From assembly GCA_963695555.1 (NCBI GenBank), contig CAVOGR010000007.1, positions 206,139 to 270,138 of the forward strand: a stretch of 64,000 bases of DNA, read 5' to 3'. Position 1 is the first letter of the stretch. Every line of letters begins with the position of its first letter. The notes beneath the pieces were generated by a model. That model saw nothing but the letters and a program-made list of their open reading frames with translations. It had not been told where the DNA came from and made no database searches. The translations under genes were made by a program, and so were the position numbers. Of the stretch, positions 51,725 to 60,144 are shown one piece after another. The stretch comes from an uncultured Gemmatimonadales bacterium. GTDB taxonomy: Bacteria; Gemmatimonadota; Gemmatimonadetes; Gemmatimonadales; GWC2-71-9.

Positions 51725-52290
51725 GGCCAGGGAGTACAGGAGTAAGGAGTACAGGAATAAGGAGGAGGCGGGCGGGAGAAACGGGGGGTGGTGATGCGGG
51801 ATGGGTAGCTGATAGCGGGGTTTGGGTGCGGAGCGGCCAAGCCCTCCTCGCTTTTAGCGACAGCCGCCGAGTCTCGGCCATAGCCGAGGACGGGTGAGGA
51901 GTGAGGAGTAAGGAGTGGGAAGGACGGCTCGCAAGCGTCGCGCAGCGACGCCGTGCCGAGCAGCGGCTTCAGCCGCGACGGGGAGGCGAGAAGAGTGAGG
52001 AGTGAGGAGTAAGGAGTAAGGAGTAAGGAGTGAGGAGTGAGGAGGCGGAATGACGGCTCGCAAGCGTCGCGCAGCGACGCCGTGCCGAGCAGCGGCTTCA
52101 GCCGCGATGGAGGGGACGAAAAGTCGGAAAGACGAAATGTCGGAAAGGCGGAAAGAACTGACGGCCGGTTGGGCGGGTGGGCGGCTCGGGGTCTTCTGCT
52201 GGGACCATCGAACCGCCGAACCGCCGATCCGCCGCTTGTCAGGAGTGAGGAGTGAGGAGTGAGGGGTGGGGAGTGAATAGGGAGTGGGGA
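51725..52290 (+). repeat. composite purine-rich repeat region: (A/G)AGGAGT heptamer arrays, 56-nt perfect duplicate, GGCGGAAAG and GGGC/GGGT modules
   Basis: Heptamer arrays at about 51893-51917, 51993-52043 and 52240-52262. Identical 56-mers at 51923-51978 and 52052-52107. The ORFs here (SLLTPHS...) are just repeat translations. Confidence 0.85.
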
Positions 52291-52389
52291 GGTGGGCAGC
52301 TGCCAAACCAAGGACTGCGGTTATAGGATGGATCACCACGACATGAGCTGATTCAGCTCGCTAGCTAGGTCGGCGACGCTTAGCGACGC

Positions 52390-53085
52390 ATGAGACTGAC
52401 AATGTGCGGATACTATGTCGACAAACTATCGGGCCCGCGCCTCCGTCAATGCTACCAGATAGCACCGCCGCGCGTACAGCAGTACCTGGAAGCCGAGATT
52501 CAGTTTGTACTCGAACACCTCGAACCCCAAGACACTGTGCTGGAACTCGGGTGTGGATATGGTCGGGTAGCGGCGCGGCTCACGGAACCGGCTCGTCGTG
52601 TGGTTGGAATCGACACGTCTACCGAGAGCATAGCGCTAGCCCGCCAACTCTCGGGTGCCAACCCGCGATGCGCGTTTCTGGTAATGGACGCGCTGACATT
52701 GGGATTCGACGAATCAATGTTTGACAAGGTCGTCTGCGTCCAGAACGGAATCTCTGCCTTCGGCGTGGACCAGGAGGCGCTATTGCTGGAAGCACTGCGG
52801 GTTGCCCGGCCGGGCGGCCAGGTCTTGTTCTCGACTTATTCAGAACGTTTCTGGGCGCATCGCCTCCAGTGGTTCGAGGCCCAGGCGGCCGTCGGCCTGA
52901 TCGGAGCGATCGACTATAACAAGACGGGGAATGGGACAATCCTGTGTAAGGACGGCTTTCGCGCCGGCATCATGTCACCAGAAGCCTGGCACTCGCTCAC
53001 GGCTGCTTTGGGGGTAGATGCCACCATCACCGAGATAGATGAATCGAGCGTCTGGTGTCAGATTGCAGTGGGGAGTAGGGAGTAG
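52390..53085 (+). CDS. class I SAM-dependent methyltransferase
   Basis: VLELGCGYGRVAARL (motif I), VVGIDTS, FDKVVCVQ. Confidence 0.8.
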   Translation: MRLTMCGYYVDKLSGPRLRQCYQIAPPRVQQYLEAEIQFVLEHLEPQDTVLELGCGYGRVAARLTEPARRVVGIDTSTESIALARQLSGANPRCAFLVMDALTLGFDESMFDKVVCVQNGISAFGVDQEALLLEALRVARPGGQVLFSTYSERFWAHRLQWFEAQAAVGLIGAIDYNKTGNGTILCKDGFRAGIMSPEAWHSLTAALGVDATITEIDESSVWCQIAVGSRE

Positions 53086-53137
53086 GGAGTAGGGAGTGGG
53101 GAGGCGGAAAGGCAGAAAGTCTGAGAAGTCGGGAAGC
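53068..53137 (+). repeat. purine-rich mosaic repeat (GGGAGTA heptamers + GGCGGAAAGGCAGAAAG)
   Basis: GTGGGGAGTAGGGAGTAGGGAGTAGGGAGTGGGGAGGCGGAAAGGCAGAAAGTCTGAGAAGTCGGGAAGCG overlapping the gene's last codons. Confidence 0.7.
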
Positions 53138-53160
53138 GCTCGCAATGGAGGCATGCAGAC

Positions 53161-54678
53161 ATGAACCGACACGCGGCCGGTCTGGCCGGGCTCCTTGTGA
53201 GTCTATTCCTGTGCGCAACCCCCGCCCGCGCGCAGGCCACCATCGGCGGCGAGTGGCGGGATGACGTGGCGGCGTTCGCGCGGCGGATCGTGGAGGCAGG
53301 CCTCACCCCAGGGATGGGAGTCGCAGTCTCCCAAGGGGACTGGGTCCTCTACTCGCAGGGCTTCGGCGTGGCCGACGCCTCCACGAGCAGGCCGGTCGAT
53401 GAGGCAACAGGATTCTACATTGCCTCGACCACGAAGGCCCTGACCGCAACGGCAGTGGTGGTCGAGGCTACCAAGGGCACGATCGACCTGGACGCCCCGA
53501 TCGACCGGTACGTTCCGGGCCTCACCTTCCGCGCCCCGATGGATGCGCACCGGGTGACCGTGAAGCAGTTCCTCACCATGACGGACGGGCTCGAAGACGG
53601 CGGACCGGTCGTGGTTCGGACCGCCTACACCGGCGACTTCACGATCCCGCTCCTCATTCGCCTCCTCGCCGGTTACGGGCCGGACCCGAACGGCACCGCG
53701 TTCTCCTACGACAACCTGCCCTACAACATCCTCGGCCTGGCCCTCGACCCGACTTCCGAGGAGGGTTGGAAGGACGCCGTGCGGCGGGACGTGCTCGATC
53801 CGCTCGGCATGCGGGAAACAAGCGCGCGTATCTCGTCGATGGACCCGGAGCGGATCGCGCTGCCCCACACGCTCGTTCCCGGCACGGGGTGGCGCCGAGC
53901 GCCGCTCGCCAAGGAGGACGCCAACCAACACGCGGCCGGAGGACACTTCGCCACCGCCCGGGATCTAGCTCGCTTCGTCGCCGCCCACGCGAGCGGCGGC
54001 CTGCTCGAAGGACGGCGGGTGTTCCCGCGTGCCGCGATCGAGTCGACCCATGCCCAGCACGCCGTGCAGGACCGCGAGTTCGGCCCATACCACCGCTTCG
54101 GCTGGGGCTACGGCTGGGATCTTGGATCGTACGAGGGGAAGACCATCGTACACCGCTTCGGTGGGTTCACCGGCTATCGCAGCCACGTCTCGTTCGAGCC
54201 CGAGTCGGCGGTCGGCGTTGTCGTGCTGGTGAACGGCAGCGGCCCCGCCTCCGCGGCCGCGGACCTGATGGCGACGTACATCTACGACCGGTTGCTCGGC
54301 CGCGTCGACTTGGCCCCAGAGTATGATCGGCGCCTCGCCGACCTCGACACGCGAACGGCGGAGCGCACCAAGGCGGCGGCCGACCACCTGGCCGAACGCG
54401 CCGCACGGATGGCACCCCTGCCCCACGCACTCGACGGCTACGCCGGCAGCTACCAGAACCCGAAATTCGGCGAGATGACGTGGCGGGTGGTGGCGGACGG
54501 GCTCGAGGTCAAGATGGGGGTGGCCGCAAGCCGTGCCGAAGTGTTCGACGCGGCGAAGGACCAGCTCCGGGTCGAGCTGTTCGGCGGAGGCAGTGTGGCG
54601 TCGTTCGAGTTCCCCGCGGGCGGTGGTCCGGCCACTGCGGTCACGATCCACGGGGAGCGATTCGAGCGGACATATTAG
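53161..54678 (+). CDS. serine hydrolase of the beta-lactamase / class C PBP family, secreted
   Basis: Signal peptide. S-x-x-K motif ASTTK (FYIASTTKALTA). YDNLPYN (Y-x-N-like). 505 aa with a C-terminal lipocalin-like extension. Confidence 0.85.
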   Translation: MNRHAAGLAGLLVSLFLCATPARAQATIGGEWRDDVAAFARRIVEAGLTPGMGVAVSQGDWVLYSQGFGVADASTSRPVDEATGFYIASTTKALTATAVVVEATKGTIDLDAPIDRYVPGLTFRAPMDAHRVTVKQFLTMTDGLEDGGPVVVRTAYTGDFTIPLLIRLLAGYGPDPNGTAFSYDNLPYNILGLALDPTSEEGWKDAVRRDVLDPLGMRETSARISSMDPERIALPHTLVPGTGWRRAPLAKEDANQHAAGGHFATARDLARFVAAHASGGLLEGRRVFPRAAIESTHAQHAVQDREFGPYHRFGWGYGWDLGSYEGKTIVHRFGGFTGYRSHVSFEPESAVGVVVLVNGSGPASAAADLMATYIYDRLLGRVDLAPEYDRRLADLDTRTAERTKAAADHLAERAARMAPLPHALDGYAGSYQNPKFGEMTWRVVADGLEVKMGVAASRAEVFDAAKDQLRVELFGGGSVASFEFPAGGGPATAVTIHGERFERTY

Positions 54679-54733
54679 GCCAGCGCCGGTTTCATTAGCG
54701 ATTCACCGTCTGCCACCAAGACTGCATCGAGGA

Positions 54734-54749
54734 CTAGGGAATACCCTAG
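54734..54749. promoter_or_regulatory. perfect palindrome CTAGGG-AATA-CCCTAG (candidate operator, copy 3)
   Basis: Extends to ACTAGGGAATACCCTAGT, flanked by GAGGAC...GTCCTC. Lies 203 nt upstream of the ATG at 54952. Confidence 0.35.
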
Positions 54750-54951
54750 TGGACGTCCTCGTGCTGTTGACAGCGAATACCTCGCGCCGCAGTGTATGAA
54801 CGAAGCGTCGCACGAGGGTACGACGATGAGAATGCGAGGGACCGAGTGGCGACCTGGTGACCAGTGCTCCGAGTCTGGCCGGGTTGCCGCTCGGTTTTTC
54901 CATTGTCTCGCCGCCTCATGAACACGTCACCATTTCGTAGGAGATACCACA

Positions 54952-55908
54952 ATGCCAAAGGCACCAGAGGCCGAGTTTCTGACAATTGCCGCCATCCGGA
55001 AGCCGAAGGGCAGGCGTGAAACAGAATATCTATTCAACGAAAAGCAACGAATCTTCACCTTCCGGTCGAAATCGAAGACAGCGGCGGCAGCAGCGGAGCG
55101 GCTGAAGGAAGCCTTCGAGAAGAAGCGGCCGGTCAAGGCCCGGCTCGATTTGCGGAAGGGCTTCATTCGACGCATCTCCAAGCCGACGGCCAAGGAGCTG
55201 GGCCAGTTCGAGCGCAAGCGCACCTTCTTGGCGGACGCCGCGCGGCCGCGCCGGATCGAGGTCGCCAAGATCGATCCGACGACCTTCAACATCGTCGACC
55301 ACTACCTCAAGCACCCGGTGTTTCGGCTCTGCCGCCGCGTGGTGCCGAGTTACAAGAGCGCCAAGAACATCTTCGACTTCTGCGCCAAACAATCGTGTCA
55401 CTTGCCGGGACCGTACGACATCTCGCCGTGCATCCCGTTTCAGTACGTCCCGGACGGCTGTTATGCACGGGCCCACAAGATGCGGTGGATCATCACCACC
55501 CGGTATCGCTACTGCTGCGACAAGGTGTTCAGCTTCGCCAACCAGGACGACGACTCCCTGGCGGTCCAGGCCAACAAGTGGGGCGGATGCTGTATCACCT
55601 GGTGGTATCACGTGGCGCCGCTGATCCGGGTGCGCATTCGGTTCTCCCGGCTGCGCAACCTGAGCGTGGTCCTCGCCATGGTGATCGACCCCAGCATGTT
55701 CGACAAGCCGGTGCTGCTCAGCACCTGGCTGTCGGCCCAGGAGAATACGGCCTGCCATCCCAACGCCCACGTGTCGATGTACTCGATCCAGCCAGGATCG
55801 GCCTATTGGCCTGCCAGCTATGACGGCACCACGTTCGGCACCGATCCGACCTACACGTTGACCGATGGGACACTCACCTCGTACCGGAACCTGGTGTCTT
55901 GTCCGTGA
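54952..55908 (+). CDS. protein-glutamine glutaminase (protein glutaminase) family protein with about 140-aa basic N-terminal region, no signal peptide
   Basis: FQYVPDGCYARAHKMRW (Cys nucleophile block), WWYHVAPLI (His) and VIDPSMFD (Asp), in the order of the papain-like triad of protein glutaminases. AGGAGA RBS. Confidence 0.55.
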   Translation: MPKAPEAEFLTIAAIRKPKGRRETEYLFNEKQRIFTFRSKSKTAAAAAERLKEAFEKKRPVKARLDLRKGFIRRISKPTAKELGQFERKRTFLADAARPRRIEVAKIDPTTFNIVDHYLKHPVFRLCRRVVPSYKSAKNIFDFCAKQSCHLPGPYDISPCIPFQYVPDGCYARAHKMRWIITTRYRYCCDKVFSFANQDDDSLAVQANKWGGCCITWWYHVAPLIRVRIRFSRLRNLSVVLAMVIDPSMFDKPVLLSTWLSAQENTACHPNAHVSMYSIQPGSAYWPASYDGTTFGTDPTYTLTDGTLTSYRNLVSCP

Positions 55909-55936
55909 GGCGGAAAGGAAAGGAAGTGGGGTTGCC

Positions 55937-56212
55937 GTGAACGGGTCGAATAGGGCTGGCCGAGAACAGCCCCATTACCGGATCATGCAGGTTGCACAGG
56001 TCCGCGAGCCGGAGGGGGCGGACCACGTAGACGTCGTTTTCCTCGAGTCCGCCCGTTTCTATCGCCTCATGAAGACCAATGCGACGTTTGCCGAGTCGTA
56101 CGCGCTGCTGAGGGAGGCGCTGGCCAAGGGTGAGTTGCTCACGATCCGGTTGGCGTCGTTGGAAAGCGACGTGATCGAGGGGGTGGCGGCGGCAGGGGGT
56201 GAGGAGTCATAA
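55937..56212 (+). CDS. small hypothetical protein downstream of the glutaminase-like gene
   Basis: GTG at 55937 after a purine-rich GGAAAGGAAAGGAAG tract. About 91 aa, acidic C-terminus. No family recognised. Confidence 0.3.
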   Translation: MNGSNRAGREQPHYRIMQVAQVREPEGADHVDVVFLESARFYRLMKTNATFAESYALLREALAKGELLTIRLASLESDVIEGVAAAGGEES

Positions 56213-56227
56213 AGGCGGGAAGGCGGA

Positions 56228-56341
56228 AGGCGGAAAGGACTGACGGCGGTTGGGCGGGTGGGCGGGTGGGCGGGTGGGCGGCTCGGGGTCTTCTGCTGTG
56301 ACCATCGAACCGCCGAGCCGATCCGCCGCTTGTGAGGAGTG
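56228..56341 (+). repeat. about 110-nt mosaic repeat (second copy of 52141-52250) with expanded G-tract array
   Basis: GGCGGAAAGGACTGACGGCGGTTGGGCGGGTGGGCGGGTGGGCGGGTGGGCGGCTCGGGGTCTTCTGCTGTGACCATCGAACCGCCGAGCCGATCCGCCGCTTGTGAGGAGTG, compared with copy 1, which has fewer GGGC/GGGT units. Confidence 0.85.
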
Positions 56342-57280
56342 CATAATGTGACCGACGATGAGCTCGCGCTTGGTCTCGAGGCCCTCACCGGGCTGCTCGA
56401 CGAGTTCCGGCAGGGACACATCGTCGACCTGCGCGCCGAGCGGGCGGGCATGGAGCGACACGCCGGGCGGCTGACGGCCCGATGGAATGCCAGGTTTCCC
56501 GGCTTTCCGAGCGAGCACTTCCCATACACGTCGTTTTGGGGCGAGCACTACCGCGGGCGGCGCGACGCCTTCCTGAAGCGCATCATCGTCCAGCTGTTGG
56601 CTCACAACCGTGCGGCCGAGACCACCATCGTCAACCCCGCATGCGTCTTCGGGCGACACGCGCGCGACCTTGCCTCGCGGCTGCCGCATGCCAGGGTCAT
56701 CGCGACCGATATCGACCCGACTTGGGCACGGATATACCGGCTCCTGAGAGTCGGTCGCATGCCGGCCAACTACTCGTTCGTCCAGGACAACATCTTCACG
56801 CCGCACTACGATATCCGGCCGACAGCCGTGGTCTTCTTTGGGGCGTGTGGTGCCGTCTCGGATGCGGCCCTGGACTATGCCATCGACTCCGGTGCCTCCT
56901 ACGTGGTGTGCCGTACCTGTTGCCATGACAACATCGGCGGCAACGTGGCGGTGACCAAGCGCGCGAACAACCTGAACCGCTTCTTCAGACTCAAGAACTG
57001 GGCCTATGGGAGGATGAAGTGGAAGGCCAGGTACGCGGGCTACTACTTCTCCGACAAGTACCCGCGGAACCTCTACCCGAGAAGCGAGGCCGCTCGGCGG
57101 GTGAGCAACGCGGATGAGTTCCAAGCCGTTGCCAGGGATTCTCCCGAGAGCGATATCTGCCGGGCAATCATCGACCTGGACAGATACTTGGTCCTGGTGG
57201 AGAGAGGATACAGCGTCCACTATCAGGGCGAGTCATTCGTGGCGGAACGACGGGCCCGCCACTGCGAGGGTACTCGTTAA
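56339..57280 (+). CDS. hypothetical protein, possibly methyltransferase-fold
   Basis: 313 aa. IVNPACVFGRHARDLASRLPHARVIATDIDP loosely resembles motif I plus the acidic loop of class I MTases. Cys-rich CRTCCHDN. Confidence 0.35.
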   Translation: MHNVTDDELALGLEALTGLLDEFRQGHIVDLRAERAGMERHAGRLTARWNARFPGFPSEHFPYTSFWGEHYRGRRDAFLKRIIVQLLAHNRAAETTIVNPACVFGRHARDLASRLPHARVIATDIDPTWARIYRLLRVGRMPANYSFVQDNIFTPHYDIRPTAVVFFGACGAVSDAALDYAIDSGASYVVCRTCCHDNIGGNVAVTKRANNLNRFFRLKNWAYGRMKWKARYAGYYFSDKYPRNLYPRSEAARRVSNADEFQAVARDSPESDICRAIIDLDRYLVLVERGYSVHYQGESFVAERRARHCEGTR

Positions 57281-57295
57281 GGAAGAGGTGAACAG

Positions 57296-58237
57296 ATGGC
57301 TATCGGACACCGCAGGGTTCGAGGCCTCGGCCGCGCTGTCGTGCTGGTCATGTCCTGCCTGATCTCGTTCTCCCACTTGGAGGCGCAAAAAGAATACGGG
57401 GTGAGACAGCTCACCGATGATCCGGCCCAGGACGGATACCCCTCATGGTCCCCGGACGGGCGCTCGATTCTCTTCTCCCGCTATGGAGGAGACGACGCGC
57501 CGGAGAAGACCGGTCTCTGGTTGGTGTCGCCGGACGGAGGTGAGCCGCACCGCTTGACGACCGTCATCGGTGAGCATCCCGATTGGTCGCCCGATGGCCG
57601 CTATATCGCATTTGACGGGGACTTCGGCAACAGTATCCAGCTGGTGTCGGCGTCCGGCGGTACTCCCATACGCATCGTTCCGGCGTCGATTCCGGTGCTG
57701 CGCGGCGGGCAACCGAAATGGTCGCCGGACGGCACGCGCATCGCCTTCAAGGAGGGATCGAACCTCTGGGTGCTCGAGCTATCGACCGGTCGGCTCGAGA
57801 CGATCTTCAGCGAGGCGGGCAAGGTCCCCATCCCGACCGGCTGGGCGACCGATGGCACGGAGATCTACGTCTCGCTCCGGGAAGGGCCCGAGAACCCGAA
57901 TTCGGCCCTCTGGGCGATCTCCGTGGATGGGCACGGCAAACGGAAGCTGACGCTCGAGCAGAAATCGCGTTACCCGTACGCCGACCTGTCACCGGACGGG
58001 TCTCTCATGGCCGTGGTGTGGTGTGAAGGCCGCAACTGTGACCTGTGGGTCATGCCGTCCACCGGCGGGAAGCGGGTACAGATCACCTCGCACCCCAGCT
58101 ACGATGACGGACCATCCTGGTCCCCCGACGGGATGAGGATCGCGTTCGTCAGCCGACGATCCGGCAACTTTGACATCTGGATGGTGGACGTCGATGTCGA
58201 ACGGGTGCGTCGCGAGCTGAAGCAGCTGGAACCGTGA
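57296..58237 (+). CDS. TolB-like beta-propeller protein (PD40/WD40-like repeats), secreted
   Basis: Five or more repeats of the W-SPDG type (PSWSPDGRSILFS, PDWSPDGRYIAFD, PKWSPDGTRIAF, LSPDGSLMAV, PSWSPDGMRIAFVS). Confidence 0.8.
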   Translation: MAIGHRRVRGLGRAVVLVMSCLISFSHLEAQKEYGVRQLTDDPAQDGYPSWSPDGRSILFSRYGGDDAPEKTGLWLVSPDGGEPHRLTTVIGEHPDWSPDGRYIAFDGDFGNSIQLVSASGGTPIRIVPASIPVLRGGQPKWSPDGTRIAFKEGSNLWVLELSTGRLETIFSEAGKVPIPTGWATDGTEIYVSLREGPENPNSALWAISVDGHGKRKLTLEQKSRYPYADLSPDGSLMAVVWCEGRNCDLWVMPSTGGKRVQITSHPSYDDGPSWSPDGMRIAFVSRRSGNFDIWMVDVDVERVRRELKQLEP

Positions 58238-58331
58238 TCTGCCCGGATGTCCACTGGGGCCCACCAAGCGCATGCACCCGCCGCGCGCGAGCCCGCTCAA
58301 CTGAGTCCAATCGCTAGCCGGCGGAGCGCCT

Positions 58332-58817
58332 GTGGCTGGTAGCATGCATACCAAAGAGCCGCTCACTTGCACCGAAGGCGCGCGGCGTGAGTTCGCGCGT
58401 CTCGTCCGCCAAGGCTTCGAGACCTCGAATGACGGCTTGGATAGCCGTCTTCGGAATGCGAAGTGGCTTGCGTTCTACTACGCGCCGGGTGATACGCTCG
58501 AAGCGGTCGCCGCCCTCAAGGCGCCAACCGAACGGTATCGGGAGGAGGTTTTCAGCAAGGCAGGCGCAGCTGTCAATCCTGCGGATTACCCACTCGAGCT
58601 TGGCTGGGTCTTCGTCGTTCCGGCCCACCGCGGGAACCGGATCGCCGAGAGCCTTTGCCCACAACTCGTGGAGCGTGTGCCGACGCCCGCTGTTTTCGCG
58701 ACGACCCGCACAGACAACGCTTCCATGAGGAGGATTCTCACCACGCTCGGCTTTACCCGAGTCGGTACGCCCTATCCATGGCGCAACGAAGAGCTTGTAC
58801 TATTCCTTTGGTCCTGA
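58332..58817 (+). CDS. GNAT-family N-acetyltransferase
   Basis: WVFVVPAHRGNRIAESL (acetyl-CoA-binding R/Q-x-x-G-x-A/G-like motif). 161 aa. Confidence 0.65.
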   Translation: MAGSMHTKEPLTCTEGARREFARLVRQGFETSNDGLDSRLRNAKWLAFYYAPGDTLEAVAALKAPTERYREEVFSKAGAAVNPADYPLELGWVFVVPAHRGNRIAESLCPQLVERVPTPAVFATTRTDNASMRRILTTLGFTRVGTPYPWRNEELVLFLWS

Positions 58818-58928
58818 CTGCTGGCAAATGGCGCCCGTGTCTGTTGGTATAGAGAACTTGCCGTCCCTTCTGCTGAAGAGCCTGCCAGTCGCCGGGGCGC
58901 GCCAAGACGACTGGCAGTCGATCGAAGT

Positions 58929-60134
58929 TCAGGGCTTCACTTCGTACGCCGTGGGAAACGGGGTCGCCGGATAGGGACCGATCTTCTCGACGGTGTACTC
59001 GCCGGCCCACCGGTCTGGTGGGGCGTCGGACGCCTCGACTCCGTTCGTGGCCGGCCGGAGGCCGTGCTCGATATAGGCGACGAGTGCCCACAAGTCCTCG
59101 TCCGCCATGTGGCGGAGGGCGACCCATGGCATGATGGGGCCCAGGTAGTCCGGCTCAGCCGGGAAGTTGCTCCGGTCTGCGGCAATCTCCCGGTCCGTAG
59201 CGTCGCTCGGCCGGAGTCCGTACCGCAGTGCGTTGAAGATCTGCCGAGCGCTGAAGCGGCCCAAACCCGTGGCACCGTCCGGCGTCAGGTTTCGCGGGCG
59301 TAGGATGAAGCAGGGCCCAGCCTCCGCCTCCCCACACACGCCGATCAGGAAGGCATCACTCGGGTCTGTGATGCCGGCGAGCCAGCCGTCCGCCGCCGGG
59401 CTCGAGCCCCCTCCGTGACAGCCGCCGCAGTCGTGCTGGATGGCTACTTGCCTGCCCCGAAGTACCTGCGCCCGATCGACCCCCGCGGGCGGTTCGGTCT
59501 CGTGTGCCGTCGGGAACGCGGCGGCTGGCAACGTGCCGATCTCCTCGGGGGTGTACGCCCCCGCCCAGAAATCGGGTGGCCCCTCGCTGTCCTCCACTTT
59601 GTGGCTGACCGGCGCCACACCGTGCTTCAGGTACGCGGCGATGGCCCACAAGTCCTCGTCGGGCATGTGTCGCCAGGCCGGCCACGGCATCGGCGGCGCC
59701 AGGTATTTTGGGTTGATCGGGAAGTTGCCTTCGCCCGGGGTGGTCGAGGTGATCTCCACGTCCGCCGTCTCGCCGGGACGCAGCCCATAGCGGAGCGAGT
59801 TGAAGATCTGGCGTTCGCTGAACCGGCCCATCCCCGTGACGTTGTCCGGCGTCAGGTTCCGCGGCCGGGTCCGGAAGGGACCGATCAGGAACTCCTGATC
59901 CGGCCGCATCATGCCGGCTACCCAGCCCTCCTGCCCCGGATCGAAGCTCCCATGGCACAGGCTGCACGCGTGCTCCAGCACGAGCTGGCGACCGCGGAGC
60001 ACCTGCGACGGGTCTGCCGGGCCGTCCGCCATGATCACGGGCCCGCCGGTGAACGCGGCGACCACCGCCACCGCCGCCACGATCACGGGCACCGCCACCA
60101 ATGGACGGATCCACCAAACGCTGCGCCTCATCAT
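58929..60134 (-). CDS. membrane-anchored dihaem c-type cytochrome (internally duplicated)
   Basis: Two CxxCH sites (CSLCHG, CGGCHG), each followed by a duplicated module RPRNLTPD..TG.GRFS.RQIFN.LRYGLRP. N-terminal TM helix. Confidence 0.8.
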   Translation of the reverse strand: MMRRSVWWIRPLVAVPVIVAAVAVVAAFTGGPVIMADGPADPSQVLRGRQLVLEHACSLCHGSFDPGQEGWVAGMMRPDQEFLIGPFRTRPRNLTPDNVTGMGRFSERQIFNSLRYGLRPGETADVEITSTTPGEGNFPINPKYLAPPMPWPAWRHMPDEDLWAIAAYLKHGVAPVSHKVEDSEGPPDFWAGAYTPEEIGTLPAAAFPTAHETEPPAGVDRAQVLRGRQVAIQHDCGGCHGGGSSPAADGWLAGITDPSDAFLIGVCGEAEAGPCFILRPRNLTPDGATGLGRFSARQIFNALRYGLRPSDATDREIAADRSNFPAEPDYLGPIMPWVALRHMADEDLWALVAYIEHGLRPATNGVEASDAPPDRWAGEYTVEKIGPYPATPFPTAYEVKP

Positions 60135-60144
60135 TGCGTCCCTT

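Noticed and set aside
44770-52300. CRISPR arrays (I checked both tandem-repeat regions).
   Set aside because: The 81-bp units are contiguous with no spacers. The 51.7-52.3 kb region is a mosaic of heptamers and duplicated blocks without regular repeat-spacer periodicity. No cas genes are present.
51676-52339. ORFs of 160-210 aa on the minus strand with SLLTPHS/PYSLLTP repeats.
   Set aside because: They are direct translations of the heptamer and 56-nt DNA repeats. They have no start context and several frames are open at once. I treated the region as non-coding repeat.
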